The notes beneath the pieces are model-generated. The model was given only the letters and a program-made list of their open reading frames with translations, did no database searches and was not told where the DNA came from. Of a stretch of 32,000 nucleotides of DNA, positions 1 through 7,847 are shown piece after piece (positions within the stretch are counted from its first letter, which is position 1; each line of letters begins with the position of its first letter). The translations under genes and the position numbers were made by a program. The DNA comes from an uncultured Chloroflexia bacterium (lineage in GTDB: Bacteria; Chloroflexota; Ktedonobacteria; Ktedonobacterales; JADMIN01). Location: positions 330,001-362,000 of the forward strand of contig CAVRAI010000004.1 in assembly GCA_963718915.1 (NCBI GenBank), read 5' to 3'.

Positions 1-550
1 CGGCGAGAGCGGCGCGCGTCTGCTCCGATGGTTCGGCTGTCTCGATCCCCGTGAAACGGATGCCCAGCACCTCATCACTGTGATGCCGCCGTACGAAGTA
101 GTCCTGAAAAGCCAGTTCGCCCTCAGGCGTCCGCACGCGCGTAGCCACGGGCGCATCGCACATGGGGAGCAGCCGGGCACGTACGCCAAGCGCTACCATA
201 AGCGCGTTGGCAACCTCGGTCGGCGTCTTGCCCTCGCGAAGCCAGCCGGTGCGCTCGATGTGTGTCGCGAAATCGCGATCTCCCAGGAGAAACCAGGTAT
301 CCTCCCCATAGCGGCGCAGCATCTCCAGCGTCGTGAAGGTGTCGCCCGCGATGCCCCAGCCGGTCTCCGGGTTGGCGAGGCCCGCGAGCGTATAGAGCAC
401 GGTATCGGCATCGGGCGAGATGCGCAGTCCATAGAGATCGAAGTCGTCGCCGGTATTTACGATGATGGTCAATTCATCGGGTGCGACTGTTCGATATAGA
501 CCGTCGGCCAGCTTTGCCCCACCAACGCCGCCTGCCAGAGCTACGATCAT
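1..550 (-). CDS. cofD: 2-phospho-L-lactate transferase (F420 biosynthesis, CofD/FbiA family); N-terminal ~183 aa, 3' end lies beyond the window
   Basis: Absent from the ORF track because it runs off the window edge. The reverse strand from ATG (complement of 548-550) reads MIVALAGGVGGAKLADGLYRTVAPDELTIIVNTGDDFDLYGLRISPDADTVLYTLAGLANPETGWGIAGDTF... This shows the Gly-rich N-terminus and the NTGDD / PDxDT motifs I recognise from CofD. AGGAGGG (complement of 562-568) lies ~11 nt upstream. Confidence 0.85.
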   Translation of the reverse strand, partial: MIVALAGGVGGAKLADGLYRTVAPDELTIIVNTGDDFDLYGLRISPDADTVLYTLAGLANPETGWGIAGDTFTTLEMLRRYGEDTWFLLGDRDFATHIERTGWLREGKTPTEVANALMVALGVRARLLPMCDAPVATRVRTPEGELAFQDYFVRRHHSDEVLGIRFTGIETAEPSEQTRAALA

Positions 551-1001
551 ACGGATAATTTCCCTCCTTGACCCTCCCCATGGGTAAACCCAGGGGATTC
601 CTGCTTCGACGTGACGTGCCTCACAGTGGGTCTTACAGTCACTCCACAGGCGTTACGTTCCCGTCGGCCCGACGGTACGTTCTCAATCTGTTGTCGTTCA
701 GAAGCTTGGTTATCGCATCTGGAATCCTGGCAACACGAGAAAACACGAGAATACAGGCGACACAAGGCATGAATACGCTAGTGCTTTTACCCGCAGGAAC
801 GATTTACTGCGGAACCGCCAAACACTCTTCTGTTGTCAATGTGCCTGCTTATTCATTATCGCACAGGCGGGCGAAAACGGAAATTGGGGCGGACAAAAAG
901 AGGCGGCGTTTCATCCCCATAGCTGAAGTCAGGGGTCTTCACGCTGAAGAATGATAAGCCGACACCCAGCCGCTTCACTCATTATCGCGAACTCGCGTGG
1001 A

Positions 1002-1406
1002 TTACTCCAGATCATGGACGATAACGTTGGTGACCTTCAAGTGGATGGTAATCCGTTGCTGTTTGCTGAAAGAATCGTCCGCCTGCCGATTACCACTCTC
1101 CGCGCCATCATAACGAATGGCAAGTCTGCGGATATCAGCCTGGGCAGTCGCCTGGTCGTCGTCAAGTTCGACAATGCCTTCCAGCGTGACGAAGGTATAG
1201 CCATCGGCCACGCAAAGCGAAGCCCGCCCGTCGCGGCGCAGATTGCCATCTTTCACGCGCCTCGCTCGCGTGTTCATGAGGATATCATCCCCGTCGACGT
1301 CGTACCACATGACCGTCTGCTGCGGTGAACCATCCTCGTTGATGGTCCCCAGCACTCCAAAGCGACGCTCTTTCAAGAACGCGCGGACATTATCCTGTAA
1401 CGGCAT
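1002..1406 (-). CDS. PPOX-class (pyridoxamine 5'-phosphate oxidase fold) probable F420-dependent enzyme
   Basis: The track ORF is 1002..1439. MPLQDNVRAFLKERRFGVLGTINEDGSPQQTVMWYDVDGDDILMNTRARRVKDGNLRRDGRASLCV is typical of the split-barrel PPOX/F420-dependent family. I prefer the ATG at 1406 because GGGAGA lies ~9 nt upstream. The GTG at 1439 lies inside a 13-bp tandem duplication and has no RBS. Confidence 0.8.
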   Translation of the reverse strand: MPLQDNVRAFLKERRFGVLGTINEDGSPQQTVMWYDVDGDDILMNTRARRVKDGNLRRDGRASLCVADGYTFVTLEGIVELDDDQATAQADIRRLAIRYDGAESGNRQADDSFSKQQRITIHLKVTNVIVHDLE

Positions 1407-1424
1407 ACGCTCATATCTCCCTGT

Positions 1425-1450
1425 ACGTCTCGCGTTCACGTCTCGCGTTC
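1425..1450. repeat. Perfect 13-bp tandem duplication (ACGTCTCGCGTTC x2) in the LLM-PPOX intergenic spacer
   Basis: Read directly: 1425-1437 and 1438-1450 are identical. Confidence 0.95.
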
Positions 1451-1479
1451 ATACATTGCCTTGCCATAGATTCGGCGCG

Positions 1480-2388
1480 CTATCTCCCGGCGACCGGAAG
1501 CTCCGTGACGGCGGGAATGACCTCTTTGGCCAGCAGATCGAAGATGTCTGACTCGCTGACGTTGGGCATGCTGAAGATCGCCTGATCGAAGCCAAGGTTG
1601 GCGAGCCACTCGAAGTGAGCAATGGCCTCGGCGGGCGTCTTCGTGCCGTTGCCGCCGCTCTGTGTGATATGCGGCGCGCCAAGCGATGTCTTTTCAATCT
1701 GTTCGTAGGGCCGTCCCAGCGTTGCGCAATGCTCCCGTAGCACGTCCAGTTTATGTTCGAGTACGCCTGGCTGTGGCACGGCAAAAAGGTTACAGGCGTC
1801 AGCATATTGCGCCACCATACGCAATGTCTTCTGTTCGCCCATGCCGCCGATCAGAATAGGTGGGTGTGGCTTCTGGATCGCATTTGGCACGTTCAGGGTA
1901 AGCCCTAGATGAGCATGTCTGCCTTCATAGGGTTTGGCCTCGCCCGACCACATCTGGAGCGCGATCTCGAGCAAGTCTTCCAGCCGCTCGAATCGCTCTT
2001 TCACCGGCGGAAAGGGAACACCTAGCCCACGATGCTCCTCTTCGTTCCAACCCGCGCCGACGCCAAAGTAGGCCCGGCCATCTGAGAGGACATCGAGTGT
2101 CGTCGCCGTCTTGGCCAGGATTCCAGGATAGCGATACGTGACGCCAGTGACCATCGTGCCCAGGCGGATGCGCTCTGTTTTGCCCGCGGCGAACGCCAGC
2201 GCACTCCAACTCTCCAGCATCTCCTCCTCTTTCGGGCCAACCCCGCGAATCTGGAAGAAATGGTCCATCACCCAGAGGCTATAGAATCCGGCGTCTTCGG
2301 CACGTCGTGCGATGTCGCCAAAGGTGCGCCCCAACTGCTCGGGGCCGCCGGGCCAGTGAAATCGTGGTACCTGTAAACCTACGCGCAT
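1480..2388 (-). CDS. LLM-class (luciferase-like) F420-dependent oxidoreductase
   Basis: 302 aa. MRVGLQVPRFHWPGGPEQLG...SLWVMDHFFQI...GTMVTGVTYRYPGILAKTATTLDVLSDGRAYFGVGAGWNEEEHRGLGVPFP matches luciferase-like monooxygenase / F420-dependent (Rv1855c-like) proteins. GGAGG lies 4 nt upstream of the ATG. Confidence 0.85.
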   Translation of the reverse strand: MRVGLQVPRFHWPGGPEQLGRTFGDIARRAEDAGFYSLWVMDHFFQIRGVGPKEEEMLESWSALAFAAGKTERIRLGTMVTGVTYRYPGILAKTATTLDVLSDGRAYFGVGAGWNEEEHRGLGVPFPPVKERFERLEDLLEIALQMWSGEAKPYEGRHAHLGLTLNVPNAIQKPHPPILIGGMGEQKTLRMVAQYADACNLFAVPQPGVLEHKLDVLREHCATLGRPYEQIEKTSLGAPHITQSGGNGTKTPAEAIAHFEWLANLGFDQAIFSMPNVSESDIFDLLAKEVIPAVTELPVAGR

Positions 2389-2552
2389 AGAGCCTCCACG
2401 CTACGCAATAACTCGTTGAACACCACGCTTGAGTGGCGCAGTCAGTACTACAAAAAATATAGCGCGTCATGGCAAGCCACCCATTAGCCATTCGGGTAGT
2501 CTCACAGGGCTAACAGTCAGGGCGAACGCCTGTCAGGCGCTTTGGCTCGTCA

Positions 2553-2561
2553 TGGTACAAT
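2553..2561 (+). promoter_or_regulatory. Candidate extended -10 promoter element (TGgTACAAT) for the 2604 gene
   Basis: TG at 2553-2554, one nt, then TACAAT at 2556-2561, ~43 nt upstream of the ATG at 2604. There is no good -35 hexamer. Confidence 0.3.
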
Positions 2562-2603
2562 GGGGAGCGTCTCAGCCGTAATGGTATCGGCGGACTGTCA
2601 GGA

Positions 2604-3779
2604 ATGGGAATGGCGCATATGATCGAGGGGCGGCTGACATACGCCGAAGAGTTGACCCGTATTTTTCGTCACGTAGTTGGCGCCGTGCTGCTCTCCTGGC
2701 AGCGAGTCCTCCGTGTGGGGTTGGTAACAGCCGCGATTGTGTGGTTACTGACTGAGATCGTTGCCTGCGTCATGTCATCCTCGTTTCCGCCTCCCGCTGT
2801 AACGTATCTGGTTGCTGCCGCGCTGGCGGTTGCCGTGAGCTATGGTGTCGCTCTCACGCTGCTGCTGGGAATGCTGCTGCGCGGTGGCGTCAGGTTCGTC
2901 CGCCAGCTGGAAGGCGAGGTCGAGATTGGCGCCCACGTCGCCAGCGTCTTTGCCCGTCGTGAGGTTAGCGGCCTGGGCGCGACTTTCAGGCGTATCGTCG
3001 AGAGTGGCGCCCCGACTGTAAATACGGCAATGGGAGGTGGAACAAGCCACAGGCCCACCGTGAAGCCGCGAACTTCTCGCGGTCCAGCGGTATCGGCGAC
3101 ATCGGCGGCAGTGACGGCGGTTGGGCTGGACGTCGCGCGCGCCACTGTGCGTCAATCGCCAACCACGCCCGAACCAACGGCTGCTCTGCCGTACAATGCG
3201 CAACCCGACACCCGCCGCGACCCGGACGACGCGATCATTCGCGCGCCCGCACCAGAACTCCCCTCGCTGCCCGTACTCGCCTCACACCTGCCGCGTATCG
3301 AGTGGACGTATGACGAGAAATTGCCGCCTGTGACGCGAGCGCCATTGGTGGTGTCCACGGCTCAGGATGCTGATGTGCCAGTCGTTCCCGTACTCGCCAC
3401 CACCTTGACTCCCGACGATATGGCAACGACACTGGGTGCGCCCGAAGCCCAGGAAGCCCAGGAAGCCCCAGCGACACCCGAAAACGCAGATGATTCAGGA
3501 AATACGCCCGATGTGCCCGGGCTTATCCCGCGAGGGTATCGCGCCGACAGTACGACCCGTCCGTTGCCCGCGATCACCCGCCCATTATCAGCCAATACGC
3601 AGCCGCTGACCCCGCCTGATGGGGCGCGCGCGCCGGGTGGAGTTCGTTCCGGCGGGTTATGGGAGCGTGTCAGCCAGGCGCTGGTTGGGCAGCCTGCGTC
3701 GGCTGACCATGGCGCTCGCCAGGATGAGCCGCCGCTCGCTGGTGAAGTCATGCCTGAAGACGCCTGGCTAAACGGGTAG
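2604..3779 (+). CDS. Hypothetical 2-TM membrane protein with a long Pro/Thr/Ala-rich, apparently disordered C-terminal region
   Basis: 391 aa. Two hydrophobic helices (LVTAAIVWLLTEIVACVM; VTYLVAAALAVAVSYGVALTLLLGMLL) are followed by ~290 aa of low-complexity P/T/A/R-rich sequence that includes EAQEAQEA. The membrane core is recognisably similar to the 4715..5272 protein. The start is ambiguous among ATGs at 2604, 2610 and 2619. Confidence 0.7.
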   Translation: MGMAHMIEGRLTYAEELTRIFRHVVGAVLLSWQRVLRVGLVTAAIVWLLTEIVACVMSSSFPPPAVTYLVAAALAVAVSYGVALTLLLGMLLRGGVRFVRQLEGEVEIGAHVASVFARREVSGLGATFRRIVESGAPTVNTAMGGGTSHRPTVKPRTSRGPAVSATSAAVTAVGLDVARATVRQSPTTPEPTAALPYNAQPDTRRDPDDAIIRAPAPELPSLPVLASHLPRIEWTYDEKLPPVTRAPLVVSTAQDADVPVVPVLATTLTPDDMATTLGAPEAQEAQEAPATPENADDSGNTPDVPGLIPRGYRADSTTRPLPAITRPLSANTQPLTPPDGARAPGGVRSGGLWERVSQALVGQPASADHGARQDEPPLAGEVMPEDAWLNG

Positions 3780-3820
3780 CGGACGCTATTTTTCAGGCTT
3801 TGTGAAGCTCGACATATTCT

Positions 3821-3838
3821 TATCCTGGTTTCAGGATA
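3821..3838. promoter_or_regulatory. Perfect 7-bp inverted repeat TATCCTG-gttt-CAGGATA upstream of the orphan wHTH gene
   Basis: Read directly. CAGGAT recurs at ~3964-3969 next to the RBS. Possible operator or stem-loop. Confidence 0.3.
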
Positions 3839-3990
3839 CGTTCACGTTGTCCTTAAGTCCGCTGTCTACACTTCGTGCTACAAGAACATGAACAGGGCGC
3901 TGTGCGAAGATGCGCAGCAGACGGGTGGTGTGCCAATGGCGTCACGCCAGCAGTTCCCGTTGACAGGATGAAGCGGGAGGGAGTATCGCC

Positions 3991-4362
3991 ATGGACTACG
4001 TAAAATTCTCTGAGACGAGTGGTCTTCCCAATGTAGAGATCGATGCCTCTGAGGAGAGCATCGCTCTATTGCGACGTGTGCGGCCAATGCGTATTGGCGC
4101 CTACACCATGGACGCAACGACCAACATGATACGGTGGCGGGGCGAGACGCTTCGACTGAGCCAGAACGACCGGCAAATGCTACACGTGATGCTTCAGCAT
4201 GCGGGCCAGATTCTGAGCAGCGAGCGACTGGCAGCTTTGTTGCAGATTGCGTCCGACAAGGTCGATGCCCAGATTCATTCGCTGCGTATCGCGCTTGAAG
4301 CAGCGGGCGTCACCTGGCTGCCGCGCCGCGCCGAGGGCTGTGGGTATATTCTCTGGCGCTAG
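3991..4362 (+). CDS. Stand-alone OmpR/PhoB-type winged-helix DNA-binding protein (no receiver domain)
   Basis: 123 aa. MRIGAYTMDATTNMIRWRGETLRLSQNDRQMLHVMLQHAGQILSSERLAALL...VDAQIHSLRIALEAAGVTWLPRRAEGCGYILW follows the Trans_reg_C pattern (target...LT..E..lL..L....g.vlsre.L...vd..I..LR.kl...i.tvrG.GY.l). GGGAGGGAG RBS lies just upstream. Only ~30 aa precede the domain. Confidence 0.75.
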   Translation: MDYVKFSETSGLPNVEIDASEESIALLRRVRPMRIGAYTMDATTNMIRWRGETLRLSQNDRQMLHVMLQHAGQILSSERLAALLQIASDKVDAQIHSLRIALEAAGVTWLPRRAEGCGYILWR

Positions 4363-4412
4363 CGGACACTGCCTCGATGATCTGGCGCGCTGATTAAGCT
4401 GTGCGCATGCAG

Positions 4413-4466
4413 GCGGGATGAGACGTATTCCCTCGTTGGGATTGCGTACCATCCCGCTTTTGTTTT
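4413..4466 (+). terminator. Candidate intrinsic terminator after the wHTH gene
   Basis: GCGGGATG (4413-4420) pairs with CATCCCGC (4450-4457) and is followed by TTTTGTTTT (4458-4466). The loop is long (29 nt) but has internal TCCC/GGGA pairing. Confidence 0.4.
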
Positions 4467-4714
4467 CCCAGCTACGCAGGCTCCCTGCCCCACCCACACC
4501 CTCTTCTCTGGCGCTTGTATCGCGCCTCACCTTCACAGAAATGCTCCCGGTACTGCTCTGGCAGCGGCGCGACGTCCGTCTAGTTCAGTTGCCCAGGGAG
4601 TGTTGGGTAAGCCACTTGCATGCCGTAGTAAAATTTGAGACACTAGTGACTGACCTATAGCTGGCGGGCTTTTCCCGCAGATGCAATTATGTGTGGTGAG
4701 AAGAGGAGTGGAGA

Positions 4715-5272
4715 GTGGAACAGCGATTGATGAAGCTGCTGGGAACGGCTGCCAAGCATACCCTCGAGGCGTTGCGACGCGCTCTATTTGCGGTATTTAT
4801 CACGGGACTGCTGGTGGCGTTGATTACAGCGGTCGCGACTGAGCTTGTCGGATTCCTGTTGACCAAGCAGATCAGCGGCCCGACCCATCTGGCGGCTGCG
4901 GCGCTGGCGCTGGCGTTTGGCTACGCGATAGCGGTGACCGTCTTCCTTGGTGAGATTCTGCGCGCTATCATCAAGATTATCGAGATGATCGTCGAAGAGT
5001 CTGAGAAGCTGGCCGCCGCAGCCATCAAGGAAGCCGAAGTGCTGGCGCAAAAGGCGGAGGGTGAAGCGGCGCGCTTCGGCCATGCCGCCGTTGGAGATGT
5101 CGGCGCGCTGGGCCACGGGCTGGAGCACGTTGTCGGTGGCGCGGCGGGCGCGATTGGCGGAGTGGCCTCCGGCGCGGCTCACGAGGTTGGGCATATCGAG
5201 CATGGCGTCGCCAGCCACATCCCTGGGCATCACAATGCTCCGACCGCCCCAACGCAGTCAACGAACTCTTAA
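4715..5272 (+). CDS. Hypothetical 2-TM membrane protein, paralog of the 2604 protein core, with a coiled-coil segment and a His/Gly-rich tail
   Basis: GTG start with AAGAGGAG 7 nt upstream. LLVALITAVATELVGFLL...THLAAAALALAFGYAIAVTVFLGEILR aligns with LVTAAIVWLLTEIVACVM...TYLVAAALAVAVSYGVALTLLLGMLLR of the 2604 protein (about 30% identity by eye). The tail carries 9 His in ~67 aa. Confidence 0.7.
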   Translation: MEQRLMKLLGTAAKHTLEALRRALFAVFITGLLVALITAVATELVGFLLTKQISGPTHLAAAALALAFGYAIAVTVFLGEILRAIIKIIEMIVEESEKLAAAAIKEAEVLAQKAEGEAARFGHAAVGDVGALGHGLEHVVGGAAGAIGGVASGAAHEVGHIEHGVASHIPGHHNAPTAPTQSTNS

Positions 5273-5484
5273 ATTCGACAGCGCTGTTTTGGCGCGAAAC
5301 ATTGAGCGGGCTGGTGGTCGCGCCTGATTGCGCGGGGCCATTGGTCCGTTCCGTTTGCGGTTCGCTGCGCGTCGGTGTTAGGCTGGCTCAGGCATACAGC
5401 ACACAGCGGCGACCACAGCGGCCTACTCGATAGCTTCGTGTGAACAGTGGGTCTGTGCGCCGGGTTCGTTTCCTGGAGCAGGCG

Positions 5485-6570
5485 ATGCATCGTCGGTATT
5501 TCTGGCTGGCAGTGGCGCTTGCCGTACTCATCGTGAGCGCCACCGGATACATTCTGGCCGGAAACTATTTGTACGCGCAATACCAGTCGAGCTTTGCCAG
5601 CTATACCACTTCATGTGATACCCTGATTTCGTGGAATCCACCAACGCGACTTTATACTGGCCTCTACGTCAATGCGCCTGATCTGGCCACTGTTCGCTAC
5701 CGCAGCCAGACACGGCAGACGCTACACATCTCACTCAGTATCCCCCAGTTCACGCAGGAAGACACTGTCGACGTGACGGCGACCTCGAGCTTTCAGCAGC
5801 ACGCCTTTAAGCCACAGGTGCTCGGCTCCGCGGCACTCGATGCGCTGGTAGGACCAGGCCAGCGCACTGCCCAACTGCAATTGCGGGTGCAATCACTGAA
5901 CAAAGTACTCTGTGATACCAGCGTGCCGCTGACATTGCTCTCGCGCCAGTGGATGAGTTGGCGCGATCCAGCCAGTGGCGACAACTCCGCGTATCTGGCG
6001 GGGTGGGTGACCCCCAACGCGCCAGTGATTTCAGATCTGGTCGGGCGCGCCGCGGAACGGCTGGCTGCCTCTCCCGCCAGTTATCCTGCCACCACTGTAA
6101 TGCATGGCTACGACGCTGGTCACGCAACGGCCGATGATGTGCGCGGCCAGGTAAACGCCCTGTTCGACACCTTGCAGTTCGACTACCACGTGCATTACGC
6201 CAGCGACAACATCCCGTTCAATCAGGACGCTACCCAGCGGATCCAGTTGCCCGCGGATATTCTCACACAAAGCGCGCCGACAGGGATGTGTGTCGAGACG
6301 ACGGCGATTCTCGCCTCGGCGGTTGAGCATCTGGGGATGCGCCCATATATCATCATCGTGCCGGGCCATGCATTTATTGGGGTGGCTCTTGGCGCCGATC
6401 CTGGCGCCCCTATTGAATACTGGGAGACATCGGATCTCAATGGCGCCACCGGTAGCCAGGCGCATGTGCATGGTCAGAGCGAATATCTTACCTATCAACA
6501 GCGCAACCAGATTCTGCGTGTGATAGATATTCAATATGAGCGCCAACATGGCATTCTGCCAATCGAATAG
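5485..6570 (+). CDS. Membrane-anchored protein with a C-terminal transglutaminase-like (papain-fold Cys-His-Asp/Glu) domain
   Basis: The track ORF is 5440..6570. I prefer the ATG at 5485 (GGAG 6 nt upstream). N-terminal anchor: YFWLAVALAVLIVSATGYILAG. The C-terminal segment GMCVETTAILASAVEHLGMRPYIIIVPGHAFIGVALGADPGAPIEYWETSD has the G-x-C...G-x-P/R...x-G-H-a-f...W-E/D-x-x-D spacing of transglutaminase-core proteins. Confidence 0.7.
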   Translation: MHRRYFWLAVALAVLIVSATGYILAGNYLYAQYQSSFASYTTSCDTLISWNPPTRLYTGLYVNAPDLATVRYRSQTRQTLHISLSIPQFTQEDTVDVTATSSFQQHAFKPQVLGSAALDALVGPGQRTAQLQLRVQSLNKVLCDTSVPLTLLSRQWMSWRDPASGDNSAYLAGWVTPNAPVISDLVGRAAERLAASPASYPATTVMHGYDAGHATADDVRGQVNALFDTLQFDYHVHYASDNIPFNQDATQRIQLPADILTQSAPTGMCVETTAILASAVEHLGMRPYIIIVPGHAFIGVALGADPGAPIEYWETSDLNGATGSQAHVHGQSEYLTYQQRNQILRVIDIQYERQHGILPIE

Positions 6571-6590
6571 TCAGTGGACGGACGACAGGA

Positions 6591-7847
6591 ATGGACGGAA
6601 GCGCGTTTCCAACATGGATGGGTGTAGGAGGCTATGTCGGCCTGTCCTGTGCTATGGTGGCTGCCGCTACCCTTGCCGTCTGGGCGATTGTCTATCGCCG
6701 CGGCACCACGCGCCAGTCTGCGATGGCTATCCTGATTTGCCTGCTCTGCGCGGTGTTGATGATCCTTCCGCTCTGGTGGGAGCAATCACGCTTCCAGTTC
6801 TTCGGCAGCAGCCTCGGTGGGATCGAAGTAGCGCTGGTATTGACATGGATCTCTCTCTTCGGCTGGACCCTCCCGCTGGGCATGCTGGCGAGCTTCGTCG
6901 CGTTGGCCGAGCCGAACAAGCCTATCGAGCGACAGGGGCCACGACATAGTCCACTGCTCGACGCGACCCTTCGGTTGGCGCTGGCCGACCCGGCGCGCTA
7001 CCTCTCCGTCAGGCATCATGATGAACCCTGGGCGCAGCTGGTTGCGGTCAGTGATGTGCCTTCCAGGAGCGTACGCACGCTCCTGTTGCGCAAACAGTTA
7101 ACCCTGATTGGGCGTGAGGTAGATAACGATATCATTCTGGATGACGAGCGTATGTCACGACACCATGCTGAGATTCGCATGGATCATGGTATGGCTGTGT
7201 TGCTGGATTATGGGAGCATGAATGGCACCCTACTTAACCGGCAGATGGTTACTCAACCAGTCCCTCTCAAGCCCAACGACATTGTGGATCTGGGCATGCG
7301 AAGCTATCGGTTTTCACTGATTGAGGGGCCGTTCGCTACTGATGAGGGAGAGACCTCCAAGATGCCTGGCGCTGGTGGAATGAATCGCAGGCAGACATTG
7401 CCGCCAGTTGGCCCACCAATCCTCGTAGCCATCAGTGGCGAGCTGACAAGCGCCCGCTGGGAGTTGCTGGAGCAGGTTATCACTATCGGGCGCGACGCAT
7501 CGTGCCAGATTCGGTTGCCAGATACGACGGTCTCGCGCCTCCATGCCCAGGTTGTGCGACAGGCCGATGGCTATTATGCCAGTGATCTGGAAAGCAACAA
7601 TGGCACCATGGTGAACGACGAAGATCTCAAGAAGCCACATCGCCTGCAGCATGGTGATGTGCTCCATCTGGGGACGGTCGCGCTACGCTTCATTTCGTCG
7701 ATGCCACCGTTGGATATGCCGCCTCCTCCACCACCGAACCGTATCCGACCACCCTCCGGCGGAAAGTCATCAAGCCGGACGACAATTCCCTTCTCACGTG
7801 GGGCAGTGCTTCGTCCGATAGATGAGGGGCAGCAACCACACAATTAA
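6591..7847 (+). CDS. Polytopic membrane protein with two cytoplasmic FHA domains
   Basis: 418 aa, starting 20 nt after the previous stop. About 4 N-terminal TM helices. FHA1: LTLIGREVDNDIILDDERMSRHHAEIRMDHGMAVLLDYGSMNGTLLN. FHA2: ITIGRDASCQIRLPDTTVSRLHAQVVRQADGYYASDLESNNGTMVN. Both keep the G-R...S-R/x-H...N-G-T signature. A Pro-rich tail follows. Confidence 0.85.
   Translation: MDGSAFPTWMGVGGYVGLSCAMVAAATLAVWAIVYRRGTTRQSAMAILICLLCAVLMILPLWWEQSRFQFFGSSLGGIEVALVLTWISLFGWTLPLGMLASFVALAEPNKPIERQGPRHSPLLDATLRLALADPARYLSVRHHDEPWAQLVAVSDVPSRSVRTLLLRKQLTLIGREVDNDIILDDERMSRHHAEIRMDHGMAVLLDYGSMNGTLLNRQMVTQPVPLKPNDIVDLGMRSYRFSLIEGPFATDEGETSKMPGAGGMNRRQTLPPVGPPILVAISGELTSARWELLEQVITIGRDASCQIRLPDTTVSRLHAQVVRQADGYYASDLESNNGTMVNDEDLKKPHRLQHGDVLHLGTVALRFISSMPPLDMPPPPPPNRIRPPSGGKSSSRTTIPFSRGAVLRPIDEGQQPHN

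Noticed and set aside
80-499. 139-aa plus-strand ORF (and the 193..432 minus ORF) at the left edge
   Set aside because: It lies antisense or out of frame to a clear CofD reading frame on the minus strand (1-550). The sequence is Arg/Gly/Ala-rich shadow-ORF composition with no RBS.
547-954. ORFs 568..954 (+) and 547..765 (-) in the cofD upstream spacer
   Set aside because: The sequences are not protein-like (Arg/Ser/His-rich, no domain motifs). There is no RBS, and the region has lower GC without the third-position GC bias seen in real genes here. Treated as non-coding.
4418-4660. 80-aa ORF in the 4363-4714 intergenic region
   Set aside because: It starts inside the candidate terminator hairpin, has no RBS and is not protein-like in composition.
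6031-6549. 172-aa minus-strand ORF
   Set aside because: It is antisense to the transglutaminase-like gene, with no motifs and no RBS.
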